A DNA stretch of 64,000 bases from Elusimicrobiota bacterium (GTDB lineage: Bacteria > Elusimicrobiota > Endomicrobiia > Endomicrobiales > JBDRNC01), in the NCBI GenBank assembly GCA_043811535.1, contig JBDRNC010000018.1:64001-128000 (forward strand), given 5' to 3'. The notes beneath the pieces were generated by a model. The model saw nothing but the letters and a program-made list of their open reading frames with translations, did not search any database and was not told the DNA's origin. Shown piece by piece: positions 1 to 10,600 of this stretch. Made by a program: the position numbers and the translations under genes. Every line of letters begins with the position of its first letter. Position 1 is the stretch's first letter.

Positions 1-1
1 A

Positions 2-673
2 TTTTTTTGCAGAGGCATTTTCCCATTGTATTTTCACTCCTTTTACTGTAATTTGATCCCCAAGTTTAATGACGAGCCACGCGGAGTCGCTCCATTCCGA
101 TTCCCATCTTGTTTCTTTATTACCGTCAAAGGCGAATTCCGCGAGATTACTGTCCTTCTCTGAAGAAGCCCTAACTATTTGTTCTTCGACATTAAATAAC
201 ACCTCGCGTATTGAATACCCGTATTCAGTAGCTCTTTTAATCCCGGTAATTTTAATATATTTCGCTTCAACGGGAGCAAAATCTATTCTCCTCTGTTCTC
301 CCTTTCTGCCGTAACGGACACTCACTATTTTGCGCCAAATATTTCCGTCATTTGACGAACTTATCTCATAATCTATTGCCGAAGCTGTTTCCCATCTTAT
401 TAAAACATTGCCGATAAGTTCTTTTTTCGTGAATTCAAACTGTATCCAACCGGGATCGATCCACTCTGATTCCCATCTCGTCTCAATATTCGCGTCTATC
501 GCGTTTCGGGCTGAATTATCGTCTTTTTCCGAAGACGCCTTGACAGAAGCTATTTCATTCTTCGGAATCGCAATTATCCTTTTACTTATCACCCCGTAAA
601 CATGGACACAGGAAAGGAACAATATGAAAAACAACATCGGAACAAAACGCTGCCTGATATCAATTATCTTCAT
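2..673 (-). CDS. Secreted protein with at least two discoidin (F5/8 type C, CBM32-like) domains; 3' end runs off the window
   Basis: Manual translation from ATG 673: MKIIDIRQRFVPMLFFILFLSCVHVYG signal-like N-terminus, then two repeats (ASSEKD..AID.N.ETRWESEW.D..W...; WETASA/WENASA). GGAG upstream. Absent from the ORF track because there is no stop in the window. Confidence 0.85.
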   Translation of the reverse strand, partial: MKIIDIRQRFVPMLFFILFLSCVHVYGVISKRIIAIPKNEIASVKASSEKDDNSARNAIDANIETRWESEWIDPGWIQFEFTKKELIGNVLIRWETASAIDYEISSSNDGNIWRKIVSVRYGRKGEQRRIDFAPVEAKYIKITGIKRATEYGYSIREVLFNVEEQIVRASSEKDSNLAEFAFDGNKETRWESEWSDSAWLVIKLGDQITVKGVKIQWENASAKK

Positions 674-691
674 GCATAGCTCCATTATTAC

Positions 692-1729
692 CTAATTAGA
701 AACTGCTTGCGCTGCTGATTCACGGACCATAAGAAGTACCGGCAGCCTCTTTTTTAATGCGCCTGCGTCTTTGTAATCGTTAATTAAGAACTCGGCTCCA
801 AGCTTACCCATTTCTTTCAGAGGCTGCCGGATTGTTGTCAATTGCGGGGAGAATTTAGAAGATGCCGGGATATCGTCAAATCCTATAATGGAAATATCCC
901 CGGGCACGGAAAGCCCATTTTGCTGTATCGCCTTGACGGCACCCATTGCCATAAGGTCATTACAAGCAAAAATCGCCGTAGGGCGGATTTTATTAGAAAG
1001 TAGTTTTACCGCGGCTTCAAAACCCGATTTTTCATCATAGTTGCCTTCCATGACCAGTTCCTTATGAAGAGGGATGTTGTTGTCTTGAAGCGCCATGCGG
1101 TAGCCGCTTTCGCGTTCAAAAGCGTCGGCACGGCCGGACGGACCCTTAATAATGGCGATCCTTTCATGGCCAAGGGTTATCAGATGTTTTGTTGCCGTAT
1201 AAACGCCCTTCTCGTTCTCAACATCAATATAGCTTACATCCCTGTAATCATGATTGGCACCCAGTATTACAAAAAGTATATTTTCCTTTATCAGCCGGTC
1301 TATAATCGTATCTTCCTTATCCGGGGAAAGTATAAGGAAGCCCTGTACCATGCCGGCATGATACCATTTCCCGACATTGACATCATTGCGGTCGTACGGA
1401 TTTACGTTATAAATGACAAGATCATAGTTTTTTGAAGCGACCGTTTCCTGGATGCCATGCAGTATTTCATTGAAATAACTTACTGTTAACAAATAATCGA
1501 AATTAAAATCCTTAATTACAAGGCCAAGTGCTCTGACCTTTGCGCGGCTGGGTAAATTACTTGCGAATATATTTCTATGATAATTAAGCTTCTTAATGGC
1601 AAGCATGACCTTTTGCCGGGTTTCCTCCTTTACAGCCGTGCCGTTGTTCACGACACGCGATACTGTCATTGGAGAAACATTTGCCAGCGACGCCACTGTT
1701 TTAATTGTTGCTTTTAGTTCGGCTTCCAT
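692..1729 (-). CDS. LacI/GalR-family transcriptional regulator
   Basis: HTH TIKTVASLANVSPMTVSRVVN plus periplasmic-binding-fold effector domain (AIFACNDLMAMG, LTTIRQP). Start moved to ATG 1729, which has GAGGTG upstream. Confidence 0.95.
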   Translation of the reverse strand: MEAELKATIKTVASLANVSPMTVSRVVNNGTAVKEETRQKVMLAIKKLNYHRNIFASNLPSRAKVRALGLVIKDFNFDYLLTVSYFNEILHGIQETVASKNYDLVIYNVNPYDRNDVNVGKWYHAGMVQGFLILSPDKEDTIIDRLIKENILFVILGANHDYRDVSYIDVENEKGVYTATKHLITLGHERIAIIKGPSGRADAFERESGYRMALQDNNIPLHKELVMEGNYDEKSGFEAAVKLLSNKIRPTAIFACNDLMAMGAVKAIQQNGLSVPGDISIIGFDDIPASSKFSPQLTTIRQPLKEMGKLGAEFLINDYKDAGALKKRLPVLLMVRESAAQAVSN

Positions 1730-1783
1730 TTTTTCACCTCTCTTCAAATGCAGGTATGTCAAATTTGGGCGGCTATTGTGTTT

Positions 1784-1799
1784 ATGGTAACGTTACCAT
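1784..1799. promoter_or_regulatory. LacI-type operator 1 (perfect palindrome ATGGTAACGTTACCAT)
   Basis: 16-bp perfect palindrome with central CG, typical of LacI-family operators, upstream of the LacI gene. Confidence 0.85.
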
Positions 1800-1814
1800 T
1801 TATTTGTCACTACA

Positions 1815-1843
1815 ACTATAGCACGAGATTATATTCTTGTCAA
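1815..1843 (-). promoter_or_regulatory. Sigma70-type promoter TTGACA-17-TATAGT (extended -10 TG)
   Basis: Minus strand reads TTGACA agaatataatctcgtgc TATAGT, between the two operators. Confidence 0.8.
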
Positions 1844-1848
1844 GCCCC

Positions 1849-1868
1849 AAATGGTAACGTTACCATTT
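1849..1868. promoter_or_regulatory. LacI-type operator 2 (perfect palindrome AAATGGTAACGTTACCATTT)
   Basis: 20-bp perfect palindrome with the same 16-bp core as operator 1. Confidence 0.85.
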
Positions 1869-1940
1869 TAGTCTATTTGTTACCGTCGTAAAAATTGCAA
1901 CATTTCCTAACAAAAATATTTATTTTCACCATTTGACAAC

Positions 1941-1969
1941 AAAAAACCGCGGGGCATTTCCCGCGGTTT
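1941..1969 (-). terminator. Rho-independent terminator
   Basis: AAACCGCGGG-loop-CCCGCGGTTT stem followed by a U tract on the minus strand. Confidence 0.6.
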
Positions 1970-2092
1970 ACAGAACAAGGATATGGTCCGGAATCTGTTC
2001 CACCTACCCTAAAGGACGCTTCGCAACGCGGTGGAATGAACGGTTATAATATTCTATTGCCGCCACCAAACCGGGTTTGGTGATGGCTAATG

Positions 2093-2230
2093 GCCGCGAA
2101 TAGAACGGAATTCCTATTCGCGCACCCGCGAATAGCGCTAAAATCACATTGATTTATCAATAAATCTCTATTCGCGCTTTTATTCGCGGACTATTCGCTG
2201 TATAAAGCCGCGAATAGTTACCGCGAATAG
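2093..2230. repeat. Multi-box att-like element E1 (8 copies of CGCGAATA/TATTCGCG)
   Basis: Boxes in both orientations around an ATTGA..CAAT centre; same geometry as 7325-7460 and 59745-59880. Confidence 0.7.
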
Positions 2231-2415
2231 AGCATTTTAGGGAAGCGTGTAATACCTGTATCTGCCTAAACCTACCGCTTTCAGTTTGGCGGTTTTTTCA
2301 AGCTCGTTTAGCAGGCGGTATGCCTGATCCTTGCTCAAACCGAACTCCAACTGGCAATCGCCGTTGTCTATTTTGCTTTTTTCGCGGCAAAAATCAACGC
2401 GCATTTTCGGCGGAT

Positions 2416-4293
2416 TTATGTTACCCGTAACCGTTTACCCGAAAGAGGAATGCGGCCGTATATCAACATAAAAAGAGTGAAAAGGAACGCGAAAAACGAT
2501 ATTATCATCCCGGCAATGAAAGATAACGGAAAATATGTGAATTCAACTGTGCTTTTTCCCTGCGGCACATCTCCCGCTATAAAAGCGCTCTCATGGATTT
2601 TGCCCGCTATTGCTTTCCCGTTCACAACTAACTTCCAGCCCGGATAAGCTATTTCGGACAAAACGACGAGGCCCGGAGATTTGGATATAACTTCCACTTT
2701 CGCGTAACCGTTCCCGTATTCAAGCAAATGCACGCTGTTCTTCCCCTTTCCCGCAAATGTCACGGGATAGACCGCGGTACTCCTGGACAGCACTTTAATA
2801 TTATTCCTGTTCAGTTCATTTTTTACATCGGAAATAGTTATGATCTTTGATATCGCGGCCAGGTCTATTATCCCGGAACCGGGCCCCTCAAGGAACAATC
2901 TTTCTTTTATCTTCCTGGACAGCCTGGTCTCGAGAACCTGATAGCTGTTTACTTCTCTGATGCCGAAAACAGTCCCGTATGAAGGAACGAGGTAATCTTT
3001 CATCAGCATAAAGTCATCTTCAGTTTTTAACCTTGCTTGCTCCCATTTGCTCAATAGTAAATCCGTATGATATATTCTTGTATTTGACTTGATAGTCCCG
3101 GCTAAGGATGGCATGTCTGACAAGAAAGCGGGCGTCATCCATGCTGATTTCGTGAAAAACGAAAACACGACCAGTTCCAGCAGAGATATAATGACTATAG
3201 CGACTTTTATTTTAACATTTTTTACCAAAAACACGCCCGAAGCAAAAAGAAGCGCCGCTAATCCGGCGGACAGCATCAACCAGTTGGCGGGAAATCTAAA
3301 GACGCGCAAAAAAGGAATAAATTTGTAAATGTAGATATTAGAACCCAAACTTAACATAAGGGTAACGGCGAAAAAAAGCATCAAATACCTTTCCAGGACA
3401 CGGCCCCGTAACGCAGAATACACCGCAACGGCAAAGACGGTCAAACCCGTATAGTACGTGACAATCGCGGGATCCCCGGAAATAGAAGGGCTGAAATATA
3501 CCCACAAGGGAATTACTAATTCTTTTAAAAGCTGAATCAACGGAATGGAGTAATGAACGGCAATTTCGCTGTTGACGAATATTCCGCGGATTGAATTAAC
3601 CATTAATTCAATAAAAGGAATGATTTGGAATGCTCCGAGGCAAAAAGCTAAAAGCGAACCCAGCAAATACGCTTTGATGCCGTCTTTGCCCTGGAACAGT
3701 GAAACTATCATCACAGCAAACATCACAAGCAAAAAAAATGGAGGAAAGCCCGCGGTCCAGGCCAGGAATGTAGAAATCGCGAACCCGGCGGCTGATTTCC
3801 TGAGCTGGAAATATGCCACCGCGGGAAGATACGCCGCCGCGGCAAAATGATTTGGAATGGTAATGCGGGCGACAAAAAACCCGTTAAAAGCGAATACAAA
3901 GGCGGCCGCAAGCGCCGCGTATTTGTCCTTGAATATGAATTTTGCCAGCAGGAATCCGAATATGGCCGCGATCAGGGAGTGTACAAATGCCCACGTCCCG
4001 ATGAAAAGGTGATAACTTTTTATCGGCAGAAGGAGCCACATCACCGGATAAGCAGCCAGCGTCGCGGGGTTGGCCAGAAACGGTTCCCCCATATTCTTGA
4101 ACGTGTTCCATAAAGGCAGCTTATGCCCTTCGAACAGAGATGCCCGCAGAATGCGCCAGTCGGGATACGAAAGAGTGATAGTAGTGCCGTCAACAGGTAT
4201 CAGCCCCTGGAAAACAACACGATGCCACACAAGCAGGAATGCTATCAGGAATAATATCCCGAAAACTGCGTGTTGAATAATTTTCTTTTTCAT
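2416..4293 (-). CDS. YfhO-like polytopic membrane protein (GT-C-type glycosyltransferase-like)
   Basis: LPLWN...GEPFLANP N-terminal motif, many TM helices, C-terminal LVVLSEIAYPGWK..VNG motif. Start at MKKKII is likely. Confidence 0.75.
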   Translation of the reverse strand: MKKKIIQHAVFGILFLIAFLLVWHRVVFQGLIPVDGTTITLSYPDWRILRASLFEGHKLPLWNTFKNMGEPFLANPATLAAYPVMWLLLPIKSYHLFIGTWAFVHSLIAAIFGFLLAKFIFKDKYAALAAAFVFAFNGFFVARITIPNHFAAAAYLPAVAYFQLRKSAAGFAISTFLAWTAGFPPFFLLVMFAVMIVSLFQGKDGIKAYLLGSLLAFCLGAFQIIPFIELMVNSIRGIFVNSEIAVHYSIPLIQLLKELVIPLWVYFSPSISGDPAIVTYYTGLTVFAVAVYSALRGRVLERYLMLFFAVTLMLSLGSNIYIYKFIPFLRVFRFPANWLMLSAGLAALLFASGVFLVKNVKIKVAIVIISLLELVVFSFFTKSAWMTPAFLSDMPSLAGTIKSNTRIYHTDLLLSKWEQARLKTEDDFMLMKDYLVPSYGTVFGIREVNSYQVLETRLSRKIKERLFLEGPGSGIIDLAAISKIITISDVKNELNRNNIKVLSRSTAVYPVTFAGKGKNSVHLLEYGNGYAKVEVISKSPGLVVLSEIAYPGWKLVVNGKAIAGKIHESAFIAGDVPQGKSTVEFTYFPLSFIAGMIISFFAFLFTLFMLIYGRIPLSGKRLRVT

Positions 4294-4483
4294 TTTATTA
4301 TCGTTTCTATATGCAAAAACAGCTGTACCTTTCACAGAGAGACATGTTCCGCATGCATTAATACCGGAAAAATACGGCCTGTTTGGAAATTGTACCAGTA
4401 AAGTTGTATAAAATCAAGCGGAAGACATGCGAAGGAAACAACTGAAGGAATAACAAATTCGGGCGGTTATAGATATTTGCGGT

Positions 4484-4551
4484 TGCCATCCCGCCACATC
4501 GTAAGTGGCAGGGAGGCATTAGACGACAAGACGGAAGAGGGAAGACGGAAG
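4484..4551. repeat. 68-bp direct repeat, copy 1 (hairpin plus GACGGAA heptamers)
   Basis: Identical to 6968-7035. Confidence 0.9.
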
Positions 4552-4776
4552 ATGGAAGTCGGAATCTTGAAATCTTTCAATCCACCTACGCCCAATGCAA
4601 ACCGGGCTTCGGCGGATTTCAGCTTGCTGTCAACAACTTATTCATTTACGAGCTCGCGCCCGTAGAGCTTCAATCTTTAAATCTTGCAATATCTTTCCAA
4701 GTCACGAGTCACTGGGCACTTGTATTTATGAGGCTATTTCGGCCCCCTTATTTAGTATTGTGTCCCCGGAATTTCC

Positions 4777-6705
4777 TCATTGTTTTACCTCTTGGCATTC
4801 TTTTATCATGATATCAATATTTTTTAATCCGGGATTTAGTTTTTTGGCAATCGTAAACTCTTTTATTGCCTGGCCGTATTCCTGCATACTCATATATACA
4901 ACGCCCAGGTAATAGCGGATCAAAGGATCGTTTTTGTCAATCTCTTTTGCGATATTTAATGTCTTTTCTGCTTCTTTATACATCCCTTGTTCGCAATAAA
5001 TCATTCCCATATTTATGTGTAATATTTTGTTGCCTGGATTAACTTTGATTGCTTTCCTGTAAACATCAATACCTTTATTGAATTTCTTGTTATAGAAATA
5101 CAGCCTTAGTTCCGACTTAGATATTTCCACAAAAAACATATCATCGGTATTGCTTTTTTCGGCCTCAAGATACATCTCCTCGGCCTCGCTGTATTTACCC
5201 AGCTGTAAATATAAGTTACCAAGCGCTAAATACGCGCCCGAAAACATGGGATTTACTTTTATCGCATTTTCATATTCTTTTATCGCATTGCCATAGTCCC
5301 CTTTATTCGCGTATGATTTTGCCAGATAATAATAACAGTGGTGCACGTCCAATTCCCGTACTTTTTGGTTACAAATCAGCCACAAACCGATAAACCCGGC
5401 TAATATAACCGCTATCAGTTTTTTATTCCGAATATTGACAATAATACTATTTATTCCGACGGCTGCAAATATAATTAGAAATGGCGTCATGACTATCCTG
5501 TATCTGGACGTGACAAAAAACAGCACCAAGAATGCCGCATAACCTAATATAATGCCGTATATAGCGAGGTATTTCTTATACTCTCTTAGACTGAATGCCA
5601 TCCCGATAATTGCAATCGGCAGCATAAGGCCGAATGTAAATATGTCACTTCTTAGAATATAAGAGAACCTTTTGTCGAAATCATAATATGTGTTGTCGGG
5701 AGCCTCATAGTCATTTAGCAGGTATTTCACTTTGTCAACCGCTAATCCCAGGTAATGAAGCTTATTATTTGCAATATATCTAATTCCTTCTATAAACCAG
5801 TATTTTGAGCTTTCTGATGGTTTTAACATCCTCCCCAACCTTTTATTTGCTTCCATTTTCACGCTTTCATGCTCATCGGGACCGAATATGTACCTGTCCT
5901 CCACTATTTTAGGCATTACCCACAAACCCTTCGATTCTCCGTTATTCCCTATATAAAAATTCAATCCGGCGCTATCCGTCAGCAATACGAGATCCTTCCC
6001 AACGATATAGTTTCTGACTGTAAACGGGATGACGAATACTATTGTAGCCAGGCAGAATAAAGCCATTCTCGACAATTTATCGACCAGCATCATTTGGCTA
6101 TTTCTTATCTGAATGATGATCGGCGCCAACAAGAGAAATATTCCCACATTAGGCCTGAGTATCATTGAAAATCCCATGAATATTCCGGACAATAAATAAT
6201 TGTATTTATCGTCATGATTCACTAAAAAGTAAATCATCATTACATTGCTGAATATCAGTATTGTTTCGTTCAGTATATTGTGACTAAAATAAATAAGCGG
6301 GGCATAGAAAGCTGTTAATACGCCCGCAATTATACCTGTTCTTTTACTTTCAACTCCACACGCTATTTTATATACGAACACGCAAGTAAAAGCACTTACT
6401 ATAATTTGTATTATTCTTACCGCATTTACATTAATCCCGAATAACGAATAGACAATTGCAAGAAATATCGAATATACGGGACTTAATGAAAATACCCTGT
6501 TATTGAAGGAATAATCACCATTTAGAAGCCTTAAAGCTGAATTATGGTAAAAGCTAAAATCAGCTATCAAATTTATATCCGCTGGATTCCTGTTCATTTC
6601 AAAGAAGTAAATAAATCTTACGGCAAATGCCAATGCGAATATGGCAAGCATTATGATATAATCGTTTTTCTTGTGCTTTTCTTCTGCTGATAATTCTCTG
6701 ATCAT
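4777..6705 (-). CDS. GT-C (PMT/ArnT-like) membrane glycosyltransferase with C-terminal TPRs; AT-rich
   Basis: PVYSIFLA, ILNET, ILRPN, RNYIVG, GLNFYIGNN, SRYR motifs and TPRs (AIKEYENAIKVNP). RBS AAGGGG before ATG 6705. Confidence 0.8.
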   Translation of the reverse strand: MIRELSAEEKHKKNDYIIMLAIFALAFAVRFIYFFEMNRNPADINLIADFSFYHNSALRLLNGDYSFNNRVFSLSPVYSIFLAIVYSLFGINVNAVRIIQIIVSAFTCVFVYKIACGVESKRTGIIAGVLTAFYAPLIYFSHNILNETILIFSNVMMIYFLVNHDDKYNYLLSGIFMGFSMILRPNVGIFLLLAPIIIQIRNSQMMLVDKLSRMALFCLATIVFVIPFTVRNYIVGKDLVLLTDSAGLNFYIGNNGESKGLWVMPKIVEDRYIFGPDEHESVKMEANKRLGRMLKPSESSKYWFIEGIRYIANNKLHYLGLAVDKVKYLLNDYEAPDNTYYDFDKRFSYILRSDIFTFGLMLPIAIIGMAFSLREYKKYLAIYGIILGYAAFLVLFFVTSRYRIVMTPFLIIFAAVGINSIIVNIRNKKLIAVILAGFIGLWLICNQKVRELDVHHCYYYLAKSYANKGDYGNAIKEYENAIKVNPMFSGAYLALGNLYLQLGKYSEAEEMYLEAEKSNTDDMFFVEISKSELRLYFYNKKFNKGIDVYRKAIKVNPGNKILHINMGMIYCEQGMYKEAEKTLNIAKEIDKNDPLIRYYLGVVYMSMQEYGQAIKEFTIAKKLNPGLKNIDIMIKECQEVKQ

Positions 6706-6967
6706 ATCCCCTTTCTCTTTACAAATTATTAATATTATAAGAATTCCTGCCGAAAGCATGCCGAAGGAAAAAAGTCAACCGTCTGCGTAAAGGTTTCAGA
6801 TTCATGATGGCGGAAGACTCCTATGGACAATGAGATTTAAGGTTTGGATTTCCCTGACCGTACAGCGGCGGGTAGGTTTTATTAATGGCCGTATTGTATC
6901 TTATTGGAAAGTAAATATCAATGTTACGATAAAATACTAATTTACAAGGGGATTGTTTTCCCTTGCC

Positions 6968-7035
6968 TGCCATCCCGCCACATCGTAAGTGGCAGGGAGG
7001 CATTAGACGACAAGACGGAAGAGGGAAGACGGAAG
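6968..7035. repeat. 68-bp direct repeat, copy 2
   Basis: Identical to 4484-4551. Confidence 0.9.
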
Positions 7036-7324
7036 CGAAAGAGACAGTTATGAGTGATGGGTGATGAGTTGTGAGTAGTTACTAATCACTAATAACCAAT
7101 AACTAATCACTGCTTGGATAAACGATTAAACAAAGCGGCGGGCGAGTTCATTAATGCATGAGAATCGAGCCCCGATGAAGTCGGGGGTATATAAGATTCT
7201 GAGCGACCGTTAACACTTGCGAAGTGTTAGAGCGGTCAAGTGGGGACAGGGAGGCCTGCCCCTCCGGGCGAGTCTTTGGACCGAGCCGGCGAGCGAGGAA
7301 GCGGGCGGGGAGGCGACTATATGC

Positions 7325-7460
7325 CGCGAATAACTGCGGGATATATATTCCGCACCCCCGCGCGTATTGTCAAAATGCATTGATATTTCAATGGGTAAAT
7401 ACGCGCGCTTTTGCGCGTGGTTTATGCGCGGTTTTTACCCGCGCGTATTACCGCGCGCGA
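7325..7460. repeat. Multi-box att-like element E2
   Basis: First 38 nt are 36/38 identical to 59745-59782; distal boxes are TAYGCGCG-type. Confidence 0.7.
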
Positions 7461-7661
7461 CAACAAAGAAAAGGGGCCAAGGCTGGGGGACAGACCTTGA
7501 CCCCGTACTAAATACTTTCCATGTTCCAAGTTTCAGGTTCCAAAATCGTTTAATGAATTCCCGGCCAAACTCATTCCCACATAAGCTCCGCCCGTGCGGG
7601 AATGACAGCTTTACCGTCGTTTTCATTTCACATTACACATTCAGCATTACACATCAAACTG

Positions 7662-10600
7662 TCATTTTATCCGTTTTTCAAGCGACTTAATCCTGGATTC
7701 AAGGTCTTTGTTCTGCGCCTGCAGCACTTCAAGCGCCTGCTGTTGCTGTTTTACGATTTCAAGGATGTAAACAGGAATCTTGTCATATTTGACTGTATTG
7801 GGTTTGCCGTCTTTGTCGTAAATAACAAGCTGCTTCAGTCCCAATGCGTCGAATTCTTCCGCGATATAACCTATGTCCTTTTGTTTCGTGCTGATGTAAT
7901 TGAATGTCTTCGGTTCGATCTTTAAAATGTTCCCAAAGTTGTCTTTCAAAGGCTTGATGTTCTCTTTGAACCTCTTGGACGAAGAAGCAACATATAAGCG
8001 TCCCGAGCCGGTATCCATCGAAACGGTATTGTACGTTCCCGTGTTCATCAACGGAATTGCCACCTGCCCCGTCGTGCTGACAGTGACAAGCGTCGCCCAC
8101 GAACCGCCGGCCATAATATCCATTCCCTTGCCGCTATTCCCCTCGCCGAGGAGCATCCTGACTCGACCTTCATTCCCGCTGTTCCCCCTGCCGTATATTT
8201 CGATGGTCCCGTCCTGGGCAGAGTTGTCGCCAGCGATAATCTTCCAATATCCGTTTGTCACGTCCCTGGTGAGCTGATTCGCTGTCGAGCGCAATTCATA
8301 AGCGCTGTTCCTGTATAGTTTTGTGTCAATCGCTGTTGGTCCACCAGGACCAAAGCCAATACCTGCAATGCCGCCTCCGCCCATATCCCTGTCAAGACCC
8401 CAGCGTGGGTTGGCTTCCGCTTCCCACCATCCATATATCTGGTTACGGTCAACTGTTAGTGTTCCGGTGGCTGAATTATTATTCCCAACCCGCAACCCAC
8501 CCGTGCCCAAAACAGTCATTGATCCGACAGTGATAAGCTGATCACTGACATATTCATTTCCTGTTATCGTTACGTTGGGAGCTGCCGCCGAGAAAGTTAT
8601 TCTTGTGGTACCGGCAGCGTCTTTGATGTCGCTGCCAACGAGGGTAAGGTCGCCGCCCAGTTTCAGGTCGCCGGTCGTAAAGGTGTACGTGGAACTGTTC
8701 AGGCCGTCGTCCCAACCGAAAATAATATCGCCAGCCTGGTTGATGCGCAGCCTGTTTGCCCCGCCGGCAAATATATTCACACCGGGCCAGCTAGCCATGT
8801 AGGCATTCCTGCCGCTGTACGTGCCGTCGCTATACTCGTGCGTGCCGAAACCGTAGTGGTTGATGTACCTGCCGCTATAGGCGAATTGATCTCTTTGAGT
8901 CGCGTCTGTAATGCCGGTTGGAGCAAGAGCGTCCGCGGATGCCTGAGAAATAAGGATAGTGCCACCCATTACGGACAGCGTGCTTCCTACCTGGACAAAA
9001 GTTGTGAATACGCCCGTTGATGCCTTCACGCCGTAAGTGAATACCGCCGTGGCGGCTCGCACGCCAAAGGTAAGATCTATTGTGCCATCGTTGCCGGTGT
9101 CGGTGATGAAGTTGCTGGTTCCGAGATAGGTCGCGCGGGTCGCGTTGCTTGCAGTGGCACTCAACGCGCCGGTAACAGTCATATCCCCGTTGACAACAAT
9201 TGCCGAGCCGTTATCCGACAGGTAACGCGTATTTTGATTTCCAAGGTACAAGTACCGCGCCAGCAGGAGGTCGCCAGTCGCGTATGTATAAGTTGACACG
9301 GTGGTCCCGTTACCAAAGCCGAAGAATATGTCGCCACCCTGATTGACGTGCAGCCTGTTTGCCCCGCCTGTGAACAGATTTACTCCGGAATATCCGGCGA
9401 CATAGGAGTTTCTCCCGTTGTACGCTCCGTCATTAAACGCATGAAAGCCGAATCCGTAATGATTAATATATTTGCCGCCGTAGCTGAAATCATCGTTCAA
9501 GGTTGAGGTTATGGCGGGTGAAGCGTTATCCGCGTTTGACGCTTCGTTCATTAAGATGCTGCCGGTGGTTGTTATTGTCAGGAATGTGCTCCACTCTCCA
9601 TTACGGCCGAAAATAATTCCTTCGTCGCCGCCGGTATTCTTTCCTACGAAAAACTTCATCTTTCCGTTTCCGCCTGTAGGCCCGTACAACTCAATGCTCG
9701 CGGCTGTATTCTGGCTGGTGCCGCCGGCCAAGCGCATATCAGAATTGTCCGCATCCCTGTTAACGTACGGTGTGTGGACCCAACTTGTGAAAGTTCCGGT
9801 CTGGGCGACTACCGCGTATGTAAGGTTCACAGAGGATGCGTTGACTGAATAAGTAGTGTACAATTCAGAAGAACGCAGATTATTCGTGAATACGCCGGTT
9901 GCTGCGTTTACGCCGTAGGTGAATACGCCTGTCGCGGCCTTTACTCCGTAGGTGATATCTATTGTGCCGTCGTTGCCGGTGTCGGTGATGAAGTTGCTGG
10001 TTCCAAGATAGGTCGCGCGGGAAGCCGTGGCGGTTAGTGAGCCGGTTATTGATACGTCCCCTGATAGGATCACGTTCGGCGAGCCGGCGTCAAGTGTCAC
10101 CCTTGTGGTACCGTCGCTGCCTTTCAATTCGTTGGAGCCAAACTGGACAGGTCCGCCGTTCAGAGTAATTGATGTGCCATTGTCCGCGATATACCTGGTT
10201 GTCTGATTTCCGGGATAAAAGCCGACAATGGTCAGTTGAGCGGTTTGCGTTCCCCAATCTTTCGTAGAACTCTCATACCATCTGAAACCAGTATCGTTGG
10301 TGTTAGCCTGAAACCAGTTAGTGTCAAACCCGAACCACTTTGCTTTGCCGGCGTTGACGGCCAGGTCAATTACCGGCACGAGCTGTTGTTCCCTAATGGC
10401 AAGCGCGTGGCTGTCAATATAGATACCGCTTGCAGACACTATTGAATATCCGTTTACCCGGGTAAAAACGCCCGTCGAGGCGTTCACGCCGTAAGTGAAC
10501 ACACCCGTGGCGGCCGCGACGCCGTAAGTGATATTTAGTGTTCCATCGTCGTCTGTGTCTCTGATCTCATTGGTCGCGCCGAGATAAGTCGCGCGGGTTG

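Noticed and set aside
6760..6830. Possible riboswitch upstream of the GT-C/TPR gene
   Set aside because: A hairpin is possible, but I recognise no aptamer consensus; a covariance-model search is needed.
7205..7236. Integron attC site (TAAC...GTTAG hairpin, also at 59678)
   Set aside because: Only ~20-25 bp, far shorter than attC, with no L boxes and no intI in the window.
7224..7690. Short ORFs over element E2 and other repeat-rich gaps
   Set aside because: Translations merely reflect repeat and hairpin DNA; no RBS or family motifs.
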